From an uncultured Candidatus Saccharibacteria bacterium (lineage in GTDB: Bacteria; Patescibacteriota; Doudnabacteria; UBA920): a stretch of DNA of 64,000 nucleotides. Position numbers and translations under genes: made by a program. The notes under the pieces are model-generated. The model ran no database searches. It was not told where the DNA came from and was given only the letters and a program-made list of their open reading frames with translations. The first letter of the stretch is position 1. Each line of letters starts with the position of its first letter. The stretch is from NCBI GenBank assembly GCA_964532005.1, contig CAZHER010000003.1, forward strand, positions 21,399-85,398. Direction: 5' to 3'. Shown in pieces: positions 16,135-26,312 of this stretch.

Positions 16135-17425
16135 GGTAAATCAATATGCTTTCGTACTGGGCCGAGTCCATACCCTTTCCTTGGCCGAGCTATTTATTTT
16201 ATTTAAAAAATCCAATCTTGAATGCAAAGTTTTAGATGCTTCCCAAGAAGTTTTAGTTATTGAAACAGAAAGTACGTTGGATCCAGAAAAATGGCAGAAA
16301 ATGCTCGGGGGTACTATTAAGATTTTGAAGATCGTAGATGTGTTGAAAAAGCGTCCCCAAGATTCTGTTAACTTTGCGCTTCAACACTATTTTCGGCCTT
16401 CTCGAATGAAGAAAGATTTTCTGAAGAGCTACACCGGCAAAATTCAGTTCGGAATAAGTGTCTACTTGCTCGACACCGAAACCAAAGCTTTTGGTGAACC
16501 AAAACGGGTCGGCATGTTTATTAAAAGAGCTATGCAGGACAGCGGTGCCAGCATTCGTTTGGTTCTTCCCGAGTTTAACTCCCTGGCTTTAGCCTCGGTT
16601 GTAGTGACCAAAAACGGATTGCTTAATAAAGGTGCTGAAATTTGCATTCTTGCAGGAATTGAAAAAGTATATACAGCCAAAACTTTAATAGTTCAAGATT
16701 TTGAAGATTACGGAAGGCGTGACTATCAGCGCCCTATTCGCGACGACAGGCGCGGAATGATTCCACCGAAAGTTGCCCAAATGATGCTCAATTTTTCAGA
16801 AACCAAAGCTGGAGATACAATTCTGGATCCATTTTGCGGGATTGGCACTTTGGTGCAGGAGGGGGCGTTGCTCGGATACAGAATGCTTGGTACTGACATT
16901 GACCCAGTTGCAATTTCTGGAAGCGATAAGAATTTAGAGTGGTTTAGGAATAGGTATAAAATTCCTAAAGGGAAATATCACTTAGAGGTTTCGGATGCTC
17001 AGACAGTTTCGGGGGTTGTAGAGAAACTACTCACGCTTAACATTTTTAAGCAGGTTTCCGCGATAGTTACTGAAGGCAATCTTGGCCCTATGTATTCCCA
17101 ATACCCAAAAGTTGAGGAAATTAAAGCTAACTTTAAGACCCTTGGACAATTGTATCAAAATAGCTTTAAAGAATTCTTAAAGTTTATGCCGAAAAAAGCC
17201 AATATTGTGATGTGCCTCCCTGCCTATAAAAAAGGGCAAAATGATTATGAATTATTTCCCAATCTTGACTTATTGACCAATTTAGGCTACAATGTTTCAA
17301 GTTTGATCCCTTCTAATTTGGCTAATTCATTTCCTTTTATAAGGCTTACTGAACGCGGTTCCGCTATTTATGACCGCAAAGACCAAATTGTTGCCAGGGA
17401 GATCATTCGTTTCGAAAAGCAGTAA
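16133..17425 (+). CDS. Trm11-like SAM-dependent RNA methyltransferase
   Basis: RD..RP...GMIPPK.A..M, LDPFCGIGT and GTDID motifs. Confidence 0.85.
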   Translation: MVNQYAFVLGRVHTLSLAELFILFKKSNLECKVLDASQEVLVIETESTLDPEKWQKMLGGTIKILKIVDVLKKRPQDSVNFALQHYFRPSRMKKDFLKSYTGKIQFGISVYLLDTETKAFGEPKRVGMFIKRAMQDSGASIRLVLPEFNSLALASVVVTKNGLLNKGAEICILAGIEKVYTAKTLIVQDFEDYGRRDYQRPIRDDRRGMIPPKVAQMMLNFSETKAGDTILDPFCGIGTLVQEGALLGYRMLGTDIDPVAISGSDKNLEWFRNRYKIPKGKYHLEVSDAQTVSGVVEKLLTLNIFKQVSAIVTEGNLGPMYSQYPKVEEIKANFKTLGQLYQNSFKEFLKFMPKKANIVMCLPAYKKGQNDYELFPNLDLLTNLGYNVSSLIPSNLANSFPFIRLTERGSAIYDRKDQIVAREIIRFEKQ

Positions 17426-17440
17426 TTTATTTAATTTACA

Positions 17441-17779
17441 ATGGCCCATAAAAAAGCCGGAGGTTCTACCTCACTTGGACGAGATTCAGTTTCAAAGCGA
17501 CTTGGCGTTAAAGTTTACGGCGATCAGCGCGTTAACAAAGGTGAAATAATTGTTCGTCAGCACGGCACCAAATTTTATCCTGGAAAAAATGTTCGTCTTG
17601 CCGATGACTCTACTCTATACGCCGTGGTAGATGGAATTGTTAAATTCAAGAAAAAGATGATGACCAAGTTTCATGGAGGTTTGCGCAGGACTCGAGTAGT
17701 CGGCGTCGAACCTGCAACAGCTGTTGTTAAGCCGGTTAGTCCAGAAAAGAAATCTGTTTCAAAGTCAGGCGAGAAATAA
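17441..17779 (+). CDS. rpmA: 50S ribosomal protein L27
   Basis: [21 protein letters not shown]; extra C-terminal tail. Confidence 0.98.
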   Translation: MAHKKAGGSTSLGRDSVSKRLGVKVYGDQRVNKGEIIVRQHGTKFYPGKNVRLADDSTLYAVVDGIVKFKKKMMTKFHGGLRRTRVVGVEPATAVVKPVSPEKKSVSKSGEK

Positions 17780-17790
17780 TTTTTCAAATC

Positions 17791-17826
17791 AAAATGCCCC
17801 GCTTCCTCCGTAGCGGGGCATTTTTT
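17791..17826. terminator. Bidirectional intrinsic terminator
   Basis: AAAATGCCCCGCT...AGCGGGGCATTTT. Confidence 0.9.
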
Positions 17827-17830
17827 GCTT

Positions 17831-18595
17831 TCAATGGCGGCTTTCGAAGAGGTATCCTTTAGCTGCTAGCTTGAAGTTGTAGGAAGTGTCCAGAATGTCT
17901 CCGCTTCGCTGGGCAGTCATTAGATCCAGCATGGCATCATCGTATCTCCCAAGCATTACTGCTGCCGAACCTCTGAGATAGAACGCTTCATCGCTGAACG
18001 GGTCTAACTGTAGTGCCGTATCCGCAGCTGCGTATGAGTCGTCGTATCTCCCGAGTTTATGGCAGCAACGCGAGTACATACCCCAGTGACAGCAGTTGGA
18101 GTCAATTGTTAGGAGAATTTCCATTGTGGCGGTGGCGCGGTTGAACTGGCTTTTGTTCCAATGATGTTCAAAAAGAGAGAAATAGAGCTCACTTTTTTCT
18201 TTCTTCTTGAAATTTGGACAAAACTTTTCCATCTCTTTTACAACCACTTCCATTTTTTGAAATTTGCCGAGCCTGCCGTAGGCAATTGCCAGGAAGCTCC
18301 ATAGGTCTTGGTTGAAATAGCCGAGACGGACTGCTTTCATACAATGTTTTATCCCCTGCCGGTTTCTGTCCTCGATGATGTGAGTCATACCGAGGAGCGC
18401 AAACGCTGGCGCAAACGAGGGGTCGTGATAAGACGAAATCTCAAAGAGCTTTCTTGCCTCTTTGACCCTGCTTTGGTTTAAAAGCCTGGTTCCAAAGCAA
18501 AAAAAGCCATTTGCCATTTTGCGACTTCTTTTGCTTTTTTTAACAGGACTTTTGACAAAGTCACGTGTAGGCTTCTTGGTTGTAATTAACTTCAT
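17831..18595 (-). CDS. Tetratricopeptide repeat protein
   Basis: Repeated TPR patterns (AFALLG, LAIAYGRLG, LGRYDD..A..AL.LDP, LGRYDDA); basic N-terminus; SD AAGGAGG. Confidence 0.82.
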   Translation of the reverse strand: MKLITTKKPTRDFVKSPVKKSKRSRKMANGFFCFGTRLLNQSRVKEARKLFEISSYHDPSFAPAFALLGMTHIIEDRNRQGIKHCMKAVRLGYFNQDLWSFLAIAYGRLGKFQKMEVVVKEMEKFCPNFKKKEKSELYFSLFEHHWNKSQFNRATATMEILLTIDSNCCHWGMYSRCCHKLGRYDDSYAAADTALQLDPFSDEAFYLRGSAAVMLGRYDDAMLDLMTAQRSGDILDTSYNFKLAAKGYLFESRH

Positions 18596-18640
18596 AGCCT
18601 AGTCCTCCTTTTATTTCATTTCATAATGTAGAACATTCGT

Positions 18641-18682
18641 ATTATACAATAAAAAGCCGGTTTAGTCAACCGGCTTTTTATT
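18641..18682 (-). promoter_or_regulatory. pyrG terminator hairpin overlapping a consensus promoter for the TPR gene
   Basis: AATAAAAAGCCGG...CCGGCTTTTTATT hairpin (18648-18682); minus-strand TTGACT (18669-18664)-17 nt-TATAAT (18646-18641). Confidence 0.8.
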
Positions 18683-18694
18683 TTTAATTTTTTG

Positions 18695-20392
18695 TTATTT
18701 CTTTGTTTTCTGCGCTGCCTGGATGAACCCGTTGAACAAGGGGTGCGGGGCAAATGGTCTTGATTTAAATTCAGGATGGAATTGACTTGCTACAAAAAAT
18801 GGATGGTCTTTTAATTCAATTATCTCCACCAATTTTCCATCAACAGATGTTCCAGAAATAACCAGTCCTGCTTTTTCCAGTTTGGATTTGTAGGTATTAT
18901 TGAACTCATAGCGATGGCGGTGACGCTCAGAAATTTTCGCAGACCCTGTTTTGTTCAACCACTTGCCAGCAATATATGCTTTGTCAGTTGTTGTTCCCCG
19001 CTTTACTATACAATCCCAAGCACCAAGACGCATGCTGGCACCGTAGTCTTTGTTAAGCATTTTCTTTTCCTGGTCAGGCATAATGTGAATTACTGGGTGC
19101 GGGGTTTTTTCATCCACTTCAGTTGTATTGGCTCGGCGAAGTTTGGCTACATTTCTGGCAAATTCTATGGTTGCCATTTGCATACCATAGCATAGCCCCA
19201 AATACGGGATCTTGTTTATTCTGGCGTACTTTATTGTTTCAATCATGCCTTCTGTGCCGCGACTACCAAAACCCCCTGGCACTACAATGCCATGGAAGGC
19301 TCCTAAAACGGCTTTGGCGCCCTCTTTTTCTACTTTCAGGCTAGATACCCATTCTAGCTCAAATTGGACATTTTGGGCCCAACTGGCGTGTTTTATAGCC
19401 TCAACTACAGAAATATACACATCTGCCAGCTTAAATGCCCCAGTTTCAAAGTATTTGCCCACAACCCCAATTTTAATCACTTTTTTCGAGCGACGGAGAG
19501 TAGTAATTCTGTTGGTGAGCTTCGTCCAGTTGGTCATGTTTTTCTTGCGAGTCGGCATTTTGAATTTCTCTAAAATCTTTTCTGTCAGTTTCTGCTGGTC
19601 GAAATTCATCGGCACCCGATAGATGGTATCTACGTTAGGAGCAGAAATTATATTTTCTTTAGGGATATTTGTAGTCCAAGCTAAAGTTTCCTTGCGTCTG
19701 TCGTCCAATGCCAGTTCTGCCCGGGCTACCAAAAAGTCAGGTTGAATTCCGGAAGCTATGAGTTGTTTTACGGAATTTTGAACTGGTTTAGATTTCATTT
19801 CTCCTACGCTTGGCGGTGTGGGAAGATATCCCACATGAATATGAATTACATCGCGGTTATCCCGGTATTTCATTATACGATTAGCTTCTATGAACAAAAT
19901 ATTTTGGTATTCACCTACAGTTCCTCCTACTTCAACAATCACAAAGTCAGCTTTGCGCTTTTTTGCCGCCAGCTCAAACCGACGGATCATTTCCTCCGGA
20001 ACATGCATAGCAACTTCCACATCCTCCCCACCGTATTCAAAGTTGCGCTCCTTTTCAATTATGGTTTTGTATATTTGTCCGTTGGTGAGATAGTTGGCAG
20101 AAGACAAATCGGTATTCATAAAACGTTCGTAATTGCCAATGTCTTGGTCGGTTTCCATGCCGTCATCGGTTACGAATACTTCACCATGTTCCTGTGGGCG
20201 GATTGTTCCTGCATCTACGTTTAGGTAAGCATCGCACTTTACAGGAGCAACTGTGTATCCGCGAGATTCTAAAAGAGCAGCGATAGAAGAAGTGGTAACG
20301 CCTTTTCCAACCGAGGAGATTACGCCCCCAGATATAAAAATGAATTTGGTGTGGAGTTTTCCCGCTTTACGCGGCTTTACATGGTATGACAT
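18695..20392 (-). CDS. pyrG: CTP synthase
   Basis: GGVISSVGKG, GEVFVT.DG.ETD, GLCYGMQ, HRHRYE and QFHPE motifs. Confidence 0.98.
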   Translation of the reverse strand: MSYHVKPRKAGKLHTKFIFISGGVISSVGKGVTTSSIAALLESRGYTVAPVKCDAYLNVDAGTIRPQEHGEVFVTDDGMETDQDIGNYERFMNTDLSSANYLTNGQIYKTIIEKERNFEYGGEDVEVAMHVPEEMIRRFELAAKKRKADFVIVEVGGTVGEYQNILFIEANRIMKYRDNRDVIHIHVGYLPTPPSVGEMKSKPVQNSVKQLIASGIQPDFLVARAELALDDRRKETLAWTTNIPKENIISAPNVDTIYRVPMNFDQQKLTEKILEKFKMPTRKKNMTNWTKLTNRITTLRRSKKVIKIGVVGKYFETGAFKLADVYISVVEAIKHASWAQNVQFELEWVSSLKVEKEGAKAVLGAFHGIVVPGGFGSRGTEGMIETIKYARINKIPYLGLCYGMQMATIEFARNVAKLRRANTTEVDEKTPHPVIHIMPDQEKKMLNKDYGASMRLGAWDCIVKRGTTTDKAYIAGKWLNKTGSAKISERHRHRYEFNNTYKSKLEKAGLVISGTSVDGKLVEIIELKDHPFFVASQFHPEFKSRPFAPHPLFNGFIQAAQKTKK

Positions 20393-20404
20393 TTGCTTAA
20401 ATTC

Positions 20405-20848
20405 CTATTGTTTATTTATGATAATTGTTATTTCCGCAGAAATTCCGCTTCCCAGCTTGGCTTTTATTTTGTGTTCCCCAAGCGTTTTTAGTGGCGCCGT
20501 GGTTACTTGGTGCTTTTCAAGTTTGCTCCCAGTTCTCGAGTTTATTAGCTCTATAATATCTTTGTCATGAATACTGTTAAAGATTTGTCCTTGCTCACCT
20601 ACCTTGACCTGAATTTCAAATTTTTGTGATTCAAGTTTTTCTTTGAGCTGTTTTAGTTGTAACATCTCTTTTTCTTGCTTGCTTTTTGCTTCTTTATCTT
20701 CCTTGACTTTTCTTTCAACAGTTTCTTTATTGGCTATTTTTGCCATTCCTTTTTTGATAAGGAAATTGTTACCATAGCCTTCGCTGACTTCTTTAATATC
20801 ACCAATCTTGCCCAGCCCAGGTACTTGCTTAGTTAAAATTACTTTCAT
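20405..20848 (-). CDS. rplI: 50S ribosomal protein L9
   Basis: MKVIL...LGK.G...EV..GY..NFL. Confidence 0.97.
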   Translation of the reverse strand: MKVILTKQVPGLGKIGDIKEVSEGYGNNFLIKKGMAKIANKETVERKVKEDKEAKSKQEKEMLQLKQLKEKLESQKFEIQVKVGEQGQIFNSIHDKDIIELINSRTGSKLEKHQVTTAPLKTLGEHKIKAKLGSGISAEITIIINKQ

Positions 20849-20974
20849 TCTTCTTGTATAAATTTAACAACAAAAAAACTCCCTATTTGAGAGTCTGGTC
20901 GCTTTTGGGGCATTTCTGCCCTTAGAAAATGCGGCTCTTTTTTAGTATATAGTATTGTCTGGATAATGCAAGAG

Positions 20975-21892
20975 CTATATTTTTAAATATCTACGAATAG
21001 CCAGCATTGATGAGATTATGCTTAGTAATAGCGCAATTATAAGCTGTAACGCGACTAACACCGGAAAGCTGATAAAGTTTGAGCTGAAAATATCATTACC
21101 GGGGTTAAGGTACATATTTATTGTCGGAACAATTTTTGTATAAAAAGGGATTAAAAGCCCGCTGGTGACAAAAGTGGCAACGATACTGTACATCAAAGCT
21201 TCAATAATGAAAGGTCCGCGGATGTACCAGTTTGTCGCCCCCACCAGGCGCATTATTTCTACTTCCTCTCTTCTGTTATATATTGTCAGAGTAATGGTAT
21301 TGAAAATTACCAGAATGGCAATTAAAGAAAAAACGCTGACAAGTCCGATTCCGCCAACAACAACAAATTGTAAAAGCACGCGCAGTCGTTCTATGGTTTT
21401 ACGGTTGTCCTCGTAATTTACTTCGTCAATGCTATTTTTATATTTATCACCTTTTAGCTTTTCGGCAATGGCCGGATAGTCCTCAAGAGTTTGCCCTTTA
21501 ACTTGGAGGGTTGCAGGGAAAGGGTTTTCGCTAAGCTCTTTTACAGACTCCACTAACAGCGGGCTGTCTTGATGGCGGTCTTTAAAGTTTTGCAGTACTT
21601 GGTCTGATGATACGTAATTTACCTCTTTAACTTTTGGATCGCTTTCTAAATCACGTTTTACAGCCAAAACCTGGCTTTCACTAAGACCGGTTTTAAAATA
21701 TGCACTAATATCGACCCGCTCTCGTATGCTGTTAACAGAATAGTTAGTGATAACAAAAAGGATAAACATAACCGACAGAATTATCAAAGTTACAATCATA
21801 ATTAAAGTTGCCGCTGCTGAAAGCCAGCGGTTGCGCCAAAAATTCGTGATCCCGTTTCTTAGTATTCTGCCTAAAGAGATTAAATTATGCAT
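20975..21892 (-). CDS. ftsX: Cell division permease FtsX
   Basis: RN..LS.A, IFNTI.LTIY.RR.E.EIMRLVGAT...IRGPF; coupled to ftsE. Confidence 0.95.
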   Translation of the reverse strand: MHNLISLGRILRNGITNFWRNRWLSAAATLIMIVTLIILSVMFILFVITNYSVNSIRERVDISAYFKTGLSESQVLAVKRDLESDPKVKEVNYVSSDQVLQNFKDRHQDSPLLVESVKELSENPFPATLQVKGQTLEDYPAIAEKLKGDKYKNSIDEVNYEDNRKTIERLRVLLQFVVVGGIGLVSVFSLIAILVIFNTITLTIYNRREEVEIMRLVGATNWYIRGPFIIEALMYSIVATFVTSGLLIPFYTKIVPTINMYLNPGNDIFSSNFISFPVLVALQLIIALLLSIISSMLAIRRYLKI

Positions 21893-22569
21893 TATAGCTT
21901 GTAGGTTCCTTTGGCCTGCTCAATGGTTATTTGACCACCTTCAATTGTCAGCACGCGCTTCCCTATTTTGTTAACTAGATCTGCGGCGTGAGTTGCCAGA
22001 ATTACTGTTGTCCCCAGCTTATTGATTTTCATTAAAAGATCTAAAACTTCGTTGGCGTTAACTTCGTCTAAATTCCCTGTAGGTTCGTCTGCCAGAAGCA
22101 AAACCGGTCGGTGAGCTAAAGATCTAGCAATGGCAACGCGCTGCATTTCTCCGCCTGACATTTCATGAGGAAAATTTTGTTGTTTATGAAGCAACCCAAC
22201 TAGTTCTAGAATTTTGGGTACATCTTTTTGTATTTTATCTTTTCTATGCCCAGAAACCTCCATCGCGAAAGCAACATTTTCATATGCTGTTAGTCTAGGA
22301 AGAAGTTTCATATCTTGGAACACAATTCCAATTTTTCGTCTGAGGTATGGAAGGTCGCTTTTCCGGACCGTTGACATATCTATATCGTCAATAAGGATTT
22401 GCCCATCATCCAAACTTTCTTCGCCTATTATGAGTTTCATCAAAGTCGACTTGCCTGCTCCAGACATTCCGACCAAAGAAATAAACTCGCCCTGATCGAT
22501 ATTAAGAGAAACATTGTTCAGAGCTTTGCTGTCACCGTAATATTTGGTTACGTTTTTAAAACGAATCAT
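21892..22569 (-). CDS. ftsE: Cell division ATP-binding protein FtsE
   Basis: GMSGAGKST, LRR.IG.VFQD, SGGE.QR and ADEPTGNLD motifs. Confidence 0.95.
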   Translation of the reverse strand: MIRFKNVTKYYGDSKALNNVSLNIDQGEFISLVGMSGAGKSTLMKLIIGEESLDDGQILIDDIDMSTVRKSDLPYLRRKIGIVFQDMKLLPRLTAYENVAFAMEVSGHRKDKIQKDVPKILELVGLLHKQQNFPHEMSGGEMQRVAIARSLAHRPVLLLADEPTGNLDEVNANEVLDLLMKINKLGTTVILATHAADLVNKIGKRVLTIEGGQITIEQAKGTYKL

Positions 22570-22725
22570 ATAGTCAATTTGTACATTTATTATACCATAA
22601 TTTCTTATAATATTCCAAAAAAGATATTTGCATTTTGTTTTGATACGTGCGACAATGTAGCCGTTTATACAGAAATTTCCCGAAACGGCCGGGATGGAAT
22701 GTCGTGATAATAAAAAGGAGAATTT

Positions 22726-23136
22726 ATGAATAGACTAGGAAGAGTGGCTGTATTAATGCCAAGCCCTAACCCGATGTTTGACCATGATGATTTCATGACC
22801 CTTCGAGAACTCCTGAACGGCGTTCTTGGTCAGGAAAAAGTCATTTACAGCGAAGCAGAATATGGGACGGTTGGTTCTGTATTCGAGAGTAGGGCTGAGG
22901 ATATAGATTCGGCGATCTTTCTCCTACCTGGAGATATAGGCTACGAGTATCTTTCCAGCGTTACAGCGGCACAGGTATTCGGCAACAAAACCAAGATTTT
23001 GTTTTCTCTTACGCCGGTTTTGGGTGATACACGAGGCAAAGCATTTACGGTGTTTCGCTACCATAAATACCGGAAACATTTTTTGCGGCTGAAAAAAAAG
23101 ATCGAAAGGTTTTTGTTTCGAGCCGAGTTCGATTAG
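22726..23136 (+). CDS. Orphan hypothetical protein
   Basis: SD AAGGAG; antisense to the flanking operon; own terminator. Confidence 0.65.
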   Translation: MNRLGRVAVLMPSPNPMFDHDDFMTLRELLNGVLGQEKVIYSEAEYGTVGSVFESRAEDIDSAIFLLPGDIGYEYLSSVTAAQVFGNKTKILFSLTPVLGDTRGKAFTVFRYHKYRKHFLRLKKKIERFLFRAEFD

Positions 23137-23153
23137 CTTACCCAGGTCATGTA

Positions 23154-23195
23154 AAAAAATCGCGATTGGTCCCACAATGCCAGTCGCGATTTTTT
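23154..23195. terminator. Bidirectional intrinsic terminator
   Basis: AAAAAATCGCGATTGG...CCAGTCGCGATTTTTT. Confidence 0.85.
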
Positions 23196-23199
23196 AATT

Positions 23200-24291
23200 T
23201 TATTTTGCTGACATTTCTAAATATTTTTCAACAAAATCATCTATTTCACCATTGAGTATTTTTTCAGGGTCACTGTCTTCGAAATTGGTTCTGTGGTCTT
23301 TTACCATTTTATATGGATGTAGGACATAGCTTCTTATTTGATTTCCCCATTCTGCCGACTTAAACTCCCCTCTAAGCTCGTTTTTTTCTTCTGCAACTTT
23401 TTGGTCTTCTAGAGCTTGAAGTTTAGCTGATAATATTTTTAATGCCAGTTCTTTATTTTGATGTTGGCTTCTTTCATTCTGTATGCTCACTTTTAGTCCA
23501 GTTGGGATGTGTGTGATACGGATTGCTGAGTAAGTTGTATTAACACTCTGACCTCCGTGTCCGGAAGAAGTATTTGCCTCAATTTTTAAATCCTTCGGAT
23601 CTAGCTTAATTTGTTCTTGTTCTTCAAGTTCCGGTAGAAGCTCCAATAATGCAAAAGAAGTTTCCCTTGTATGAGCAGGATTAAATGGGCTTTGTCTGAC
23701 TAGTCTATGCACGCCCATTTCGCTTTTGAATAATCCATAAGCGTAAGGGCCCTTAACTGATACCATAACCGATTTAACCCCAGCATCCGTACCTTTGCTC
23801 ATCTCAACAATCTCAGTTTTAAAACCTCGGCGTTCTGAAAATCTTAAATACATCCGGAGGAGTATTTCAGTCCAATCTTGGGCGTCCACCCCACCTGCGC
23901 CGGCATGCAGGGCAAAAATTGCATTGTGGTCGTCATACTTTTTTGAGAGCAGTGCAATGAACCTATTTTTTCTATACCTTTCTTCTATTTCTTCGGTTTG
24001 CTTGGTTAAATATGCAACAGTTTCTTCTGATTCGTCAGTATTAGTTCGAACCATTTCTAGTAGTTCAGCAGCAGAATTTTCCAAGTCTGCCCAAAAATCA
24101 ACGAAACTTTTGGTTTGGGTATATTCTTGACTTATTTTTTGAGCTGTTTCATTGTCATCCCAAAATTTTGGAACTTGCATTTTTTCAGATAATTCTAAAA
24201 TCCTTTGTTCTTTTTGGTGAAGATTCAAATGTACTTTTAAAGACGTTATTTTTTCAGATATGTTTTCTAGTCTGCTGATTAAGGGGTTCAT
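23200..24291 (-). CDS. prfB: Peptide chain release factor 2 (no programmed frameshift)
   Basis: SPF tripeptide, GGQ, WGNQIRSY; continuous 363-aa ORF. Confidence 0.97.
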   Translation of the reverse strand: MNPLISRLENISEKITSLKVHLNLHQKEQRILELSEKMQVPKFWDDNETAQKISQEYTQTKSFVDFWADLENSAAELLEMVRTNTDESEETVAYLTKQTEEIEERYRKNRFIALLSKKYDDHNAIFALHAGAGGVDAQDWTEILLRMYLRFSERRGFKTEIVEMSKGTDAGVKSVMVSVKGPYAYGLFKSEMGVHRLVRQSPFNPAHTRETSFALLELLPELEEQEQIKLDPKDLKIEANTSSGHGGQSVNTTYSAIRITHIPTGLKVSIQNERSQHQNKELALKILSAKLQALEDQKVAEEKNELRGEFKSAEWGNQIRSYVLHPYKMVKDHRTNFEDSDPEKILNGEIDDFVEKYLEMSAK

Positions 24292-24315
24292 TGGAATTGT
24301 TATTTTATGAATTTG

Positions 24316-24942
24316 CTATCCTCCGCCAAACAAGTCTTTTAGTCTTCTCCCCCATCCTTTCTTGGCGCTCGTTTTGGGCCTGTCGTCTATTTGTTTTTGA
24401 GTGAGGTGGTCGCGTCTGTCCGAATGTTGATCAGGTTTTATCTGTCCCGATTGAATCATGTCTCTGTACTTCTGGAGCATTCGTTCTGTTTCTGGGTTCT
24501 TTGGTTGCGAGTTTTCCATTTTCCAGTCTTGGATGGGAAATTTGAATCCGGTTTTTTCAAAAATCAGTTTTTCTACTTCGGACAGCACAGGCAGCACTCG
24601 ATTTTGGTCTATGTGGTAACGTTTGTCAAACTCATTGTTTATTTCCTCAACAACTAATTCGTATGATTTATTTTCAAAATAGACCTTTTTTAAAATTTCA
24701 AAGTTCCGCCTACTGAGTTCGTTGTTCTCAACAACCTCTTTTTCAATTTTTTCCATCGCTCTCTCAAAATCTATATGGTTGTTGTATTCTTGCTCGGGAG
24801 AGTGAGATATATCTATGTCGCCAATTAGTTTTTTGCGATCCTTTTCGTTTTCAGGTAACGGTACAAAAATATCTGGATCCAACTTGTCATCTGGCTCAGG
24901 TACTAGTTCCCATGGTTCTTTAGGTTTGTCGATTTCGTTCAT
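24316..24942 (-). CDS. Orphan hypothetical protein
   Basis: Acidic/Pro-rich N-terminus; weak sigma region-4-like segment LSRRNFEILKKVYFENKSYE. Confidence 0.7.
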   Translation of the reverse strand: MNEIDKPKEPWELVPEPDDKLDPDIFVPLPENEKDRKKLIGDIDISHSPEQEYNNHIDFERAMEKIEKEVVENNELSRRNFEILKKVYFENKSYELVVEEINNEFDKRYHIDQNRVLPVLSEVEKLIFEKTGFKFPIQDWKMENSQPKNPETERMLQKYRDMIQSGQIKPDQHSDRRDHLTQKQIDDRPKTSAKKGWGRRLKDLFGGG

Positions 24943-24947
24943 GGTTG

Positions 24948-25433
24948 TTATTTATTACGAATATAGGTTGCGTAGGTATATTCTTCGTGGGGTTCTTCTT
25001 CAATTTTGGTCCAGTCATTTTCAAAATCAACTTCTGGGAAAAATGCGTCACCAGGGTATTCGCCGTGTACATGCGTCATATACATTTTGTCGGCTTTATT
25101 TAAAAATTGGGCGTACATCTGTGCACCACCGATTATATAAATATCTTCACTTTTCATTGCTTCAATTGCTTCTTCCGGACTTTTGAAAACCAAAACTCCC
25201 GTTGGGTAATCTTCAGGTTTATAATTTCTGGTAACCACAATATTTTTTCTGTTCGGTAGAGGTTTCCCTAAGCGCTTAAAAATGGAGTCGTAGGTTTTGC
25301 GGCCCATTAGTACAGTTTTTCCCGTTGTAATTTTTTTAAAATGTTTTAAGTCATCAGGAAAATTCCAAGGCAGGTCATTGTCACCACCAATCACTCTGTT
25401 TTTTGCTACGGCAACTGGCCCTAGAATTATCAT
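24948..25433 (-). CDS. folA: Dihydrofolate reductase
   Basis: LPW..P.DL.HF, MGRKT, PLPNR.N.V and IIGG motifs. Confidence 0.97.
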   Translation of the reverse strand: MIILGPVAVAKNRVIGGDNDLPWNFPDDLKHFKKITTGKTVLMGRKTYDSIFKRLGKPLPNRKNIVVTRNYKPEDYPTGVLVFKSPEEAIEAMKSEDIYIIGGAQMYAQFLNKADKMYMTHVHGEYPGDAFFPEVDFENDWTKIEEEPHEEYTYATYIRNK

Positions 25434-26269
25434 ATTGCAATAGGAGCTTTAATTCCGGGATGAGGATCATATCCTTCTAGAGTAAAATCTTCGAAATTGA
25501 ATTCAAAGATATCTTTAACTTCTGGGTTAATTTTCATTTTCGGCATTGGTCTTGAATCACGGCTAAGTTGTAAGTTAACTTGCTCAATATGGTTATTGTA
25601 AATATGAGCGTCGCCAAAGGTATGGACAAAGTCTCCAAGCTCACAACCAGTTACTTGAGCCATCATCATGGTTAATAAGGCGTAAGATGCAATATTAAAA
25701 GGAACTCCCAAAAACACATCCGCGCTTCGTTGGTATAGCTGGCAAGATAGTTTGTTGTTAGCAACATAAAATTGAAACATGGTATGGCAAGGTGGCGGAG
25801 CGGTTTTTTTGCCTTTGATCAAAGTTTGCAAGTCCCCCACATTCCAGCCAGAAACAATTATGCGTCTTGTGTCGGGATTGTTTTTAATTAGATCAACCGC
25901 ATTAGCAATTTGGTTTATTTTAATTCCGTCTTTACCTTCCCAGGCAGTCCACTGTTTGCCGTAAATTGGGCCAAGGTCGCCATTCTCATCAGCCCACTCG
26001 TCCCAGATTGTAACGCCGTGTTCGTTTAGCCACTTGATATTAGTATCGCCTTTCAAAAACCAAAGCAATTCATAGATAATGGATTTTAGGTGGACCTTCT
26101 TGGTGGTAATTAAAGGGAAGCCTCCAGCCAAGTTGAACCTCATTTGATATCCAAAAATGCTTCTTGTGCCTGTGCCGGTACGGTCTTCTTTGCCTGTACC
26201 ATTCTCCATAATATATCTAAGCAGTTTTTGATACTGGATGTCGGTTGAGTTTTGGATTTGTTCTGTCAT
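25430..26269 (-). CDS. thyA: Thymidylate synthase
   Basis: DRTGTG, PPCH, YQRSAD.FLGVPFN motifs. Confidence 0.98.
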   Translation of the reverse strand: MTEQIQNSTDIQYQKLLRYIMENGTGKEDRTGTGTRSIFGYQMRFNLAGGFPLITTKKVHLKSIIYELLWFLKGDTNIKWLNEHGVTIWDEWADENGDLGPIYGKQWTAWEGKDGIKINQIANAVDLIKNNPDTRRIIVSGWNVGDLQTLIKGKKTAPPPCHTMFQFYVANNKLSCQLYQRSADVFLGVPFNIASYALLTMMMAQVTGCELGDFVHTFGDAHIYNNHIEQVNLQLSRDSRPMPKMKINPEVKDIFEFNFEDFTLEGYDPHPGIKAPIAI

Positions 26270-26312
26270 GACTTTAGTTTTAATAATATATTTTGTAGCT
26301 GCCCTACCATTT

